A stretch of DNA of 64,000 nt from Nitrospirota bacterium. Lineage in GTDB: Bacteria; JACPQY01. A program made the position numbers and the translations under genes. Below the pieces are notes generated by a model. The model saw only the letters and a list, made by a program, of their open reading frames with translations, searched no databases and was not told where the DNA came from. This document shows, one piece after another, positions 28,204 to 36,285 of the stretch. Every line of letters begins with the position of its first letter. Position 1 is the first letter of the stretch. The DNA is taken from contig JACPAV010000009.1 of assembly GCA_016180645.1 (NCBI GenBank), positions 1 through 64,000 of the forward strand, read 5' to 3'.

Positions 28204-30369
28204 ATGGTCACGGACCCTCTCGCGAGCGACTTCGATCCCATTCCCTTTCGGATACATCCACGCGTTTTCGCGGCGCTCGGAGCAGACCTGGTCACAAATG
28301 ACGTCGTTGCGGTCATCGAGTTGGTTAAGAACTCATATGATGCCTTTGCCTCAAATGTTTGGATTCGCTTCAAAACAGATCTGGAAGAAGGCCCCTTCAT
28401 CGAAATTGAGGATGATGGCCAAGGAATGTCAAAAGAGATCATCGAGGACGTGTGGTGTGTGGTGGCAACGCCGCACAAGGAGAAAAATCCCTACGCCCGG
28501 AGTGGTGGCAAGCGGCGGCGTGTAGCCGGCAAGAAAGGACTTGGGAGGCTATCGGCCGGTCGCCTGGGCGAGAGTCTCCAGGTGCTAACTCAACCCACGG
28601 GACAAGCATGCTGGGAAGTCAAAGTCAGCTGGAGCGATCTCGCTGGCCATACAGCGCTATCATCCTGTATTGCCCAGCTTCGAAGGTACCCCAAGGAATC
28701 TCCGTTCAACGTGTCGGGCACAAGGCTCCGGATATTCGGGCTCACACTCCCGTGGGACGCTTCGAAAGTTGCCGACTTGGAGGACAACCTTACGCGGCTC
28801 ATATCTCCCTTTGCCGCTGTCGGTACGTTCAACATCTTCCTAGTGGGGCCAGACTCATCCGGTGCTGCACCGCTAAGCATTCAACCGCCAGAATTCCTGA
28901 ACGCTCCCAAGTACGTGATCCTCGGTGAGGCAGACTCAGGCGGTAAGGTGATCGCGGAATACAGATTCGACCCGATTCGGGATGGAAAAGGAAGAACCAA
29001 GCGGGTTTCCCTCACGTGGCAACAGGCCTACGATTCCATGAAGGAGCGCTGGCAATCTCTTGGGAGGAAGAGATTCCTATTTGATGAAAAAGGGCCAAAG
29101 TGCGGGCAGTTCTCATTCGAAATCCGAGCATGGGACATTGACCCCGAAGGGACCAAGGAGATCCAGGATCGCTTCGACTACCAAAAAAGCAAGGTTCGTA
29201 GGGCAATCCGAGCGCACAAGGGTATCTCGGTCTACCGGGATGGGATTCTGATACTCCCCAAATCGGAGACATCGCGGGACTGGCTTGGTTTGGACTTAAG
29301 GCGCGTAAGCCGGGTTGGTGGCCGCCTGAGCACGAATCAGATCGTCGGATACGTTGCCCTTACGGCAGCAAACAACCCCGATATCGAGGACACCAGTGAC
29401 CGCGAGAGGCTCGTGGATAATCTCGCGGTCGCGCAGTTCGAAGAAATTCTCATCACTGTGGTCCAGCTTCTCGAAAACGAACGTGATGGCGACAGATCTC
29501 AAAAACCACCCTCGCAGCCACTTGTCGAACTATTCTCGCGTCTGCATGCGGACAGTGTCGTTTCTGAGACCGAAGAGATTGTCCAAAGCGAAGGCCCGGC
29601 CTCTGACGTCCTGCCCCTTCTAAAGCAGTTCAACGATGAACTGAAGACAACGGCCAAGGAGCTTCAGCAGCGCTTCACTTTCTACAGCCAGATGGCTACG
29701 GTCGGCACCATCGCCCAAATCCTCGTGCATGAGATACGAAATCGAACGACATCATTTGGTCATTTCGTCCGCATGGTAAGAGACAGGCTTGGTCCGCTGA
29801 AGGATCCTGATGTTGCCGAGGCAGCAACGTGGGCTGAGGAGGCAATTCATTCACTGGAGAATCTTGCCGATACGTTCGCTCCCTTGGCGAGCCGAAGCTT
29901 CAGGCGGCGCATTAGAGATTCCGTCGTGGAGGAACGCATTCGCGCCTGCTTTGAACTCCTCCGGGGTGATTTTAGGAAGAAGAAGGTGGATTGTACTTTT
30001 CCAGAGGGAAAAACACGGGTGGCAATGGACCCAGGTGAACTCGACGCCGTTGTTCTGAATCTCATGACCAACTCACTATACTGGCTTGGAAGCGTCAATG
30101 ACAAACATGGAAAACTCCTGTTCCAGCTTGAGAAAATAGATCGTGGATCTCGCGTTCGTGTTTGGGCGCACGACAACGGCCCTGGCGTCGCCAAGGAGGA
30201 CGCTCCGAAGATTTTCGATCCTGGATTCACAAGAAAACCGGGGGGTATCGGCATGGGGTTAACTGTTGCGAGCGAGCTGGTGCGCGAATATGGTGGGCAG
30301 ATGCAGATTTCATCAGGCAAGCTGGGAGGTGCGTCCTTCGGTTTCGACCTCCCAGCCAGGAAGGACTGA
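28204..30369 (+). CDS. MORC/MutL-like GHKL ATPase fused to a histidine kinase
   Basis: N-terminal ELVKNSYDA, DDGQGM, GKKGLGR, GTRL; C-terminal H-box HEIRN, NLMTNS, DNGPG, FDPGFT, GIGMGL. No TM segment. Confidence 0.88.
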   Translation: MVTDPLASDFDPIPFRIHPRVFAALGADLVTNDVVAVIELVKNSYDAFASNVWIRFKTDLEEGPFIEIEDDGQGMSKEIIEDVWCVVATPHKEKNPYARSGGKRRRVAGKKGLGRLSAGRLGESLQVLTQPTGQACWEVKVSWSDLAGHTALSSCIAQLRRYPKESPFNVSGTRLRIFGLTLPWDASKVADLEDNLTRLISPFAAVGTFNIFLVGPDSSGAAPLSIQPPEFLNAPKYVILGEADSGGKVIAEYRFDPIRDGKGRTKRVSLTWQQAYDSMKERWQSLGRKRFLFDEKGPKCGQFSFEIRAWDIDPEGTKEIQDRFDYQKSKVRRAIRAHKGISVYRDGILILPKSETSRDWLGLDLRRVSRVGGRLSTNQIVGYVALTAANNPDIEDTSDRERLVDNLAVAQFEEILITVVQLLENERDGDRSQKPPSQPLVELFSRLHADSVVSETEEIVQSEGPASDVLPLLKQFNDELKTTAKELQQRFTFYSQMATVGTIAQILVHEIRNRTTSFGHFVRMVRDRLGPLKDPDVAEAATWAEEAIHSLENLADTFAPLASRSFRRRIRDSVVEERIRACFELLRGDFRKKKVDCTFPEGKTRVAMDPGELDAVVLNLMTNSLYWLGSVNDKHGKLLFQLEKIDRGSRVRVWAHDNGPGVAKEDAPKIFDPGFTRKPGGIGMGLTVASELVREYGGQMQISSGKLGGASFGFDLPARKD

Positions 30370-30373
30370 AGTC

Positions 30374-31429
30374 GTGCGGAAGCTGAGAGTACTCTTCGTC
30401 GACGATATCGAAGTGAGTATCGGTCCTGCGATGAAGTGGGTCAAAGAGTCTCACGACTGCGACTGCATACCGTTTGATACTTTTGAGACCGAGATCGAGG
30501 TTCGCCAACCCCATATTATCATCATAGACCGATTCCAAGGCACGCCTGTAAGTGGCAGTGATGAGGGCAGCAAGGTCTTCGACATGATTTGGCTCCGGCG
30601 TTTTTGCCCCGTTGTGATTTACTCGGCGTTTCCCGATGAAGTGACGGATGATCGCGAGAGACATCCGTTCGTGAAACACGTCAAGAAGGATCAGGACCTT
30701 GGAAAGTTCAAGGAGGCGGTGACAGCGATGGTTGCACACGCGCAAACCATCGAGGGAGTCGAGCGACATATCAGGACCCAATTCGCCGTGGCCATGCGCG
30801 AGGTCGCGCCTTATGCCTCTTCAGTCTCCTCAAATAAGAAGGAATACGACGATGCCGTCACCAGACATGCCCGACGACGACTTGCAGCACTGATGGACCA
30901 AATGAGTCTGGGAGCCCTGAGAAGTTGGGAACAATACATCTTCCCTCCTGTCAGCAAGGACCCAAAACTCGGAGATATTATCAGAAAAAAAGATGGTAAA
31001 ACCGATGATGTGCAGGCATTTCGACTCGTTCTCACACCTTCGTGCGACATGGCAGCGGGACAAAGCAACAGAACCGAGCAAATACTGGTAGCCAGCTGCA
31101 TCTCCAATAAGATCGGGCTCAAGGCTCTTGGAATGGATGGTGCAAAACAGGAGAAAATAAAGGGAAATCTGATTACAGTGGGCCATCGAGACGGAATCCT
31201 GCCGCTTCCGGGTCTGAAAGGACACTTTCCCTCAATGATGGCGGATCTAAAACAATTGGAGCTTTTGCAACGAGACGATGTGACGGAGGAGAAGACATAT
31301 TTGCGGATCGCTTCAATTGACAGCCCATTCCGGGAGCTCGTAGCCTGGGCGTATCTAAGCGTTGCGTGCCGGCCCGGCCTGCCTGTACGAGATTTTGATG
31401 GGTGGGCCAGTCAGATAGCCAGCGAGTGA
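30374..31429 (+). CDS. Receiver-domain protein with uncharacterised C-terminal domain
   Basis: VLFVDD, IIIID (phospho-acceptor position), IYSA, VKK; C-terminal LGDII...VLTPSCD. Confidence 0.8.
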   Translation: MRKLRVLFVDDIEVSIGPAMKWVKESHDCDCIPFDTFETEIEVRQPHIIIIDRFQGTPVSGSDEGSKVFDMIWLRRFCPVVIYSAFPDEVTDDRERHPFVKHVKKDQDLGKFKEAVTAMVAHAQTIEGVERHIRTQFAVAMREVAPYASSVSSNKKEYDDAVTRHARRRLAALMDQMSLGALRSWEQYIFPPVSKDPKLGDIIRKKDGKTDDVQAFRLVLTPSCDMAAGQSNRTEQILVASCISNKIGLKALGMDGAKQEKIKGNLITVGHRDGILPLPGLKGHFPSMMADLKQLELLQRDDVTEEKTYLRIASIDSPFRELVAWAYLSVACRPGLPVRDFDGWASQIASE

Positions 31430-31447
31430 ATTTCGCTCTACCAGAAA

Positions 31448-32485
31448 ATGGAACTCGCTGCATTTGATTTTTTTTGTGGCGCAGGTGGTCTTACACGCGG
31501 TCTATTGGATGCCGGGATCACGGTTCTCGCCGGTTTCGATGCTGATGGAAGCTGCGCTGAGACCTATGAACGAAACAACTCCCCATCAAGGTACGTAGAA
31601 GCGGATATTCGGACTTTGGCGATGAAAGACCTTCGGAACAGTTCCAAGGGAGCAATCATGTCAGAGATGTTGTTTGTTGGCTGTGCACCATGTCAGCCCT
31701 TCACCAAGCAGGTCAAGAACGGCAATTCCGCACCCGTCGAGACACTCCTGGGCGCGTTTGGACGATTGATTGAGATGGCAACTCCCAGAACTGTTCTGAT
31801 GGAGAATGTGCCTGGAATTGCGAGAGTGCGGGGGAACAGCACGTTCAAGCGATTCCTTCGTTGCCTGGAGAGTAACGGCTATCTCGTCGATGTCGGCGTG
31901 CTGGACGCAAAGAAACTGGGAGTCCCTCAAACCCGAAGGCGTCTGATATTGATTGCCATGCGCGGAAGAAAGCCGACATTGCCGAAACCAATCTCTAGTG
32001 CCGGACTCCGACCTTACAGGACAGTCCGGCAGGCAATCGGGCACTTTCCCCCGATCGAAGCCGGCGAAAGCCATCTCACAGTGCCGAATCATACGGCGGC
32101 CTCGCTCAGCCCCACCAACCTGGAACGAATAAAGCACACCCCTAAAGACGGAGGAGATCGGCGTTCATGGCCCCCTTATCTGCGGCTGGAGTGTCACAAT
32201 GAAAACCATCAGGGACACACAGACGTGTACGGAAGGATGAGGTGGGACGCTCCTGCCCCAACCCTTACGGGGAGATGCAACAGCCTTTCCAATGGCAGAT
32301 ATGGCCATCCAACTCAAGACAGAGCGATCAGCCTTCGGGAGGCTGCTGCCCTCCAATCGTTTCCGGATCGATACGTGTTTTCCGGTACCGATCAGCATAT
32401 TGCCAAGCAAATTGGGAACGCGGTCCCAGTTGCTCTCGCCAAAAGCCTTGGCGAGCACATTCTAAAAATCCAGGCTTCATCATGA
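31448..32485 (+). CDS. DNA (cytosine-5) methyltransferase
   Basis: DFFCGAGG, CAPCQPF, MENVPG, GVPQTRRR, QIGNAVP. Confidence 0.93.
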   Translation: MELAAFDFFCGAGGLTRGLLDAGITVLAGFDADGSCAETYERNNSPSRYVEADIRTLAMKDLRNSSKGAIMSEMLFVGCAPCQPFTKQVKNGNSAPVETLLGAFGRLIEMATPRTVLMENVPGIARVRGNSTFKRFLRCLESNGYLVDVGVLDAKKLGVPQTRRRLILIAMRGRKPTLPKPISSAGLRPYRTVRQAIGHFPPIEAGESHLTVPNHTAASLSPTNLERIKHTPKDGGDRRSWPPYLRLECHNENHQGHTDVYGRMRWDAPAPTLTGRCNSLSNGRYGHPTQDRAISLREAAALQSFPDRYVFSGTDQHIAKQIGNAVPVALAKSLGEHILKIQASS

Positions 32486-32902
32486 TCCAACCGTGAAAAC
32501 CATACACAAGTATGGTTGCAGTAGTGATCGCAGTGGATTGTGAGATGCAGGGCAAAACTGGGCAAAGGACGGCAAAGTGAAGGGGCACGAGTAGGGCGGT
32601 TTTCGCTCGTAGGGACGCGAGGTTATCGAAGAGCTGCAAAGAGCGGCAAACTACGGCGAGAAAGGCGTGAGCGGCTCACTGCGATTCGTTGCCCGGCCGT
32701 CGTAGCCGGGCCTGAAGCGCAGTACTGCGCCCTCCTTGGCCCTGTATCAGGCGGACGCTCTCCCGCGTTCTGCGCGACCCGTCCTGGACCGCTCTGTTGC
32801 GCAGGACCACACCATCCTCAGCGAGGTAAAACCACCCCTTGCGACGGGGGGACGGTGGGCAAGGAGGAGGGCACCTTGTACATGCTCTCAATTACCGCCC
32901 GC

Positions 32903-33760
32903 TCATCTCTTGGCCGCCCTGCCGTGTGGCTCCGATCGGAAAACTTCGATCTCCAACAGCCGGCCCTCCGGGTCGTAGGAGAAGATGACCGGGAACTTTC
33001 GAAGGAGTCTTCTTGGAAGCTCGTAGGCAAAGCCGCCGTAGACGGGCGTCCTCCCCGCCCTCTTCCGCCGAGAGTCGCCCCGGGAGCGTCGAAGGAACCG
33101 AATGCCAGCCAAGTGATCGTCCACAAAAGCCTCGATCTCGCCTTCGCGCAATCGAATGGAACGGTCCGATGCAATGTTGATCTTTCCCCCGGCCCATCGG
33201 GATTCGTATGCATGATTCACGCGGACGGCCAGTTTCGTCCCGTGAAACCCGATCTCGTCATCAAGCAGCGTCGCCTCCGTGCGGTGCTTCCGCACGGCTC
33301 CACTGCTACGGGGCGACGGGATGAATCGACCGATCCGCTTCCTGCCCTTTGCGGGCAAGAGATATTCGGGGTTAGACGTTCCCTTGATTTGACCGCAGGT
33401 GCGGCAGGCATGTTGACCGCCGCCGATGCGTCGGTATCCCTTCGGATGGCGGCACTGAAGCCCGTAGTAATGCCAGGCCGTCCCGAGCTCCTGATAGATA
33501 TTGTAGAAAAGATCCGCCCGGCGACCGTCTTGAAATGGTTTCCCTCGCAGCCACTTCTCCGATACGTAGTCCATCGCCCGCAGAACCCTCCGTATGGCCT
33601 CGCCGACCTCCTTGGAGCTTTGCACGGAGAAAGGGGGCGTCGAACGAAGGAACTTCACGGAAGACTGTCCCTTCGTCCGATTCAGCGGATTCATCCGACA
33701 CCGTTTCCCATGCTCATCCCTGGTCTTCTTTTCGCCAAATGAGGAAGATTGGCGACGCAA
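32903..33760 (-). CDS. Hypothetical protein
   Basis: Long ORF with a C-x-H...CxxC cluster; no family recognised; start uncertain. Confidence 0.45.
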   Translation of the reverse strand: MRRQSSSFGEKKTRDEHGKRCRMNPLNRTKGQSSVKFLRSTPPFSVQSSKEVGEAIRRVLRAMDYVSEKWLRGKPFQDGRRADLFYNIYQELGTAWHYYGLQCRHPKGYRRIGGGQHACRTCGQIKGTSNPEYLLPAKGRKRIGRFIPSPRSSGAVRKHRTEATLLDDEIGFHGTKLAVRVNHAYESRWAGGKINIASDRSIRLREGEIEAFVDDHLAGIRFLRRSRGDSRRKRAGRTPVYGGFAYELPRRLLRKFPVIFSYDPEGRLLEIEVFRSEPHGRAAKR

Positions 33761-33902
33761 CGGTATTTCTTCTCAAATCGCCGGATTCTGCTCTGAAATT
33801 GAGAGGCCGCCAGCGAGGACGTATCCAAAACCCTTCGCCTGCCGTTCGTCTCCCCGAGCAATCTCATTTCTTCAGCACAACTTCCAACAAGGGGATGATT
33901 TG

Positions 33903-34328
33903 CTATTTCGGCGGGCCTGAAACGGATCCCCTGAGCCGATCCAGGCTCCATGTGCCCGGGCCGTAACAGGCGATGAAGAGAAAGACGAAGGAGTAGAGCG
34001 CGGCCGGTTCGCCCTTGTTGACGGCGGGGAAAAAGTTGGAGTCCAATTGGAATTTCCAGTGGAATTGGATGTAGGCGACGGCCATGGTTCCGCTCGCAAG
34101 GAAGGCCGCCCAAGTGGTGAACAAACCCAGGGCCATGGCGAGACCCGTCACCAGCTCGATGATGCCACCAAACCAGAGCTGCGTTCCGAACTCCGGCTGG
34201 AAATCGGACAGGACGCCGAAGATCTTCTGCATGCCGTGGAAAGCAAACATGAGTCCGCTCACGATGCGAAGGGTCGCGTATGCGGCTTCAGTCTTTGGTG
34301 CCAGAAATCGAACAATCATACCCATCAC
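33903..34328 (-). CDS. DoxX family membrane protein
   Basis: LRIVSGLMFAFHGMQK, GLFTTWAAFLASGTMAVAY, NKGE, GPGTWSLD. Confidence 0.92.
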   Translation of the reverse strand: MMGMIVRFLAPKTEAAYATLRIVSGLMFAFHGMQKIFGVLSDFQPEFGTQLWFGGIIELVTGLAMALGLFTTWAAFLASGTMAVAYIQFHWKFQLDSNFFPAVNKGEPAALYSFVFLFIACYGPGTWSLDRLRGSVSGPPK

Positions 34329-34415
34329 CTCCTCTTCAGATCATTTCTGTAGCGTGGAGACATAAAAGTCAAACCTCACGCCGTAACGGCGCACACGTTC
34401 AGACCACAGACGTAG

Positions 34416-34655
34416 ATGATGGAATCGAGAGTCATTTTGTACACGGCGGACGGGTGACAGAGCTGCGAGGCGGCGAAGGTGTATCTTTCGCAAAAGGGAG
34501 TCGCGTTCGAGACTAGGAATGTGAGTCACGACGAGCAGGCCTTCCGTGAGCTGCGCGACGTCTACAACGCCACGGGTACTCCAATCATCGTGATCGGCGA
34601 TCAGGTTGTGCGCGGATTCGATCTCGGCCGCATCCGCCGCTTGTTGAACCTCTGA
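34416..34655 (+). CDS. Glutaredoxin-like selenoprotein (UxxC)
   Basis: MMESRVILYTADG-TGA-QSCEAAKVYLSQKGVAF...GTPIIVIGDQVVRGFD; the in-frame TGA (34455-34457) sits at the first Cys position of CxxC. Confidence 0.85.
34473..34491 (+). promoter_or_regulatory. Putative bacterial SECIS hairpin
   Basis: GCGAAGG-TGTAT-CTTTCGC stem-loop starting 15 nt after the UGA, with GU in the apical loop. Confidence 0.6.
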
Positions 34656-34948
34656 TGGCCGCGGAAATCGTCTGTCCCTTCTGCGGCCAATTCCTTCCGC
34701 TGCCCGCGGGAGCCACGGAAGGCAATACTTTCTCCTGCCCCCGATGCGCCGGATCGCGGCTGCGCGTTCTCCGAAACGGGTCTTCTTTTTCTCTACAGCC
34801 GATCCCCACCGCCAGTTGTGCCGTGTGCGGAGACATTCTCGATCTTCCAAATTCGATCCGGACCGGCGACCTCACCACACATTGCAATACATCGCAGAAA
34901 GTCGAACAGGAGTTGGGCGCCTTCGCCCTGACCCCCATTCAATCTTGA
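34655..34948 (+). CDS. Double zinc-ribbon (LysW-like) small protein
   Basis: CPFC...CPRC and CAVC...HC; TGATG overlap with the glutaredoxin. Confidence 0.65.
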   Translation: MAAEIVCPFCGQFLPLPAGATEGNTFSCPRCAGSRLRVLRNGSSFSLQPIPTASCAVCGDILDLPNSIRTGDLTTHCNTSQKVEQELGAFALTPIQS

Positions 34949-34956
34949 TCTGATTC

Positions 34957-35331
34957 ATGCCGTTCAGCGAGGGATTGGCCGAGAGAGTCCGAAAAGTATT
35001 GCATTCCCGCAATGGGATCGTCGAAAAACGGATGTTCGGCGGGATCGCCTTCATGCTGAACGGAAAGATGTGTTGCGGGGTGCTGAAAGATGATCTTGTC
35101 GTCCGCGTTGACCCGACCAATCAGGACGCGATGCTCAAGGAGCGCGGCGCACGACCGATGGACTTCACGGGTCGCCCGATGAAGGGCTACCTTTACATTA
35201 ACCCCGGTGGCTGCGATACGGCAGCTCTCTTGAGGAAATGGCTCGACCGCGCGATCCGCTTCACTGAAAGTCTTAGCGCGCCCTCGCAACGATCGAAGCG
35301 TAGATCGAATCGCTCCAAGCGGTCCGCCTGA
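34957..35331 (+). CDS. TfoX/Sxy N-terminal domain protein
   Basis: EKRMFGGIAFMLNGKMCCGV, MDFTGRPMKGY. Confidence 0.88.
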   Translation: MPFSEGLAERVRKVLHSRNGIVEKRMFGGIAFMLNGKMCCGVLKDDLVVRVDPTNQDAMLKERGARPMDFTGRPMKGYLYINPGGCDTAALLRKWLDRAIRFTESLSAPSQRSKRRSNRSKRSA

Positions 35332-36217
35332 CCTTCGAATAGTAGACGCGGAGACTGTCATCCACCGTCTGCGGATCGCGGCCCAGGACTTGCCGGAGCG
35401 TATCCGGCGCACAGTGATACCCGTGCTCCGCCATCATCTCCAGGAACAAGTATGACTCGTAGGCATTGAAGGACACCGGCCTGAGAAGAGTGCCGAGCGT
35501 CCTCAACATTCCGCGCGGGATGGCCGCCACCCGCACGGTTCTATTCAAGATTGAGCCTATCTTAGCCGCTCCCTGTCGAAGGGTGAGCCCCTCACTCCCG
35601 CCCAGTTCGTAGAAACGATTGCGGGGAGGCTGACCGGCGATCTTCACGATGGCCTCGGCCAGGTCCGCCGTCGAAATGAATGAGATCGGACCCGAGTCCG
35701 GCGCGGGAATGACGACCAAGCCCCATCGCTCGATTGGCGGACCCAACATGCCGACCAGACTGTTCGGGCCAGTCATGAAGGTGGACGGACGCAGAATCGA
35801 GTAGCCCAATCCAATCTCGCGCAGCGCCTTCTCCGCTTCCCGCTTCGCCGGCAGGATCACGGGGGCGTAGTCGCGGTCGGCCCAGAGCAACGACATCAGC
35901 ACGAAATGCTGAACACCGGCGTCTTTCGCGGCACGGATCAGATTCCTATTGCCCTCCGCGTCCGTGGCAAACAGTATTTCTTTCGTTCGGGCGTAATGCC
36001 GACCGACGAGCGAGATGACCGTCTCCGACCCTTTGCAAGCCAGGGGAAGCGTCTCCGGCGAGCACACGTCCCCTTTGACGGCCTCGGCCCCGAGTTCATG
36101 GAACTCATGCGCTGCTGAATCGGAACGCACCATGACCCTGACGCACCGCCTCTCCTCGATGAGTCGGCGGACCACCCTCCGTCCGACCTCAGTGGTTGCA
36201 CCTGCAATCAGAATCAT
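35273..36217 (-). CDS. NAD(P)-binding SDR/NmrA-like oxidoreductase
   Basis: ILIAGAT, GNRNLIRAAKDAGVQHFV, ILRPS. Confidence 0.85.
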   Translation of the reverse strand: MILIAGATTEVGRRVVRRLIEERRCVRVMVRSDSAAHEFHELGAEAVKGDVCSPETLPLACKGSETVISLVGRHYARTKEILFATDAEGNRNLIRAAKDAGVQHFVLMSLLWADRDYAPVILPAKREAEKALREIGLGYSILRPSTFMTGPNSLVGMLGPPIERWGLVVIPAPDSGPISFISTADLAEAIVKIAGQPPRNRFYELGGSEGLTLRQGAAKIGSILNRTVRVAAIPRGMLRTLGTLLRPVSFNAYESYLFLEMMAEHGYHCAPDTLRQVLGRDPQTVDDSLRVYYSKVRRTAWSDSIYASIVARAR

Positions 36218-36285
36218 GCAGGGGAACTATCATGGACGCGCACCCTCAGCCAACTCTCCGCCGGCCAAGGACGATCGGACGGCAT

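Noticed and set aside
24043-32500. tRNA-targeted prophage or ICE
   Set aside because: No integrase or phage genes, no duplicated tRNA 3' end found, and the island lies 5' of the tRNAs.
32540-33742. 400-aa ORF on the + strand
   Set aside because: No motifs; it overlaps a more protein-like minus-strand ORF.
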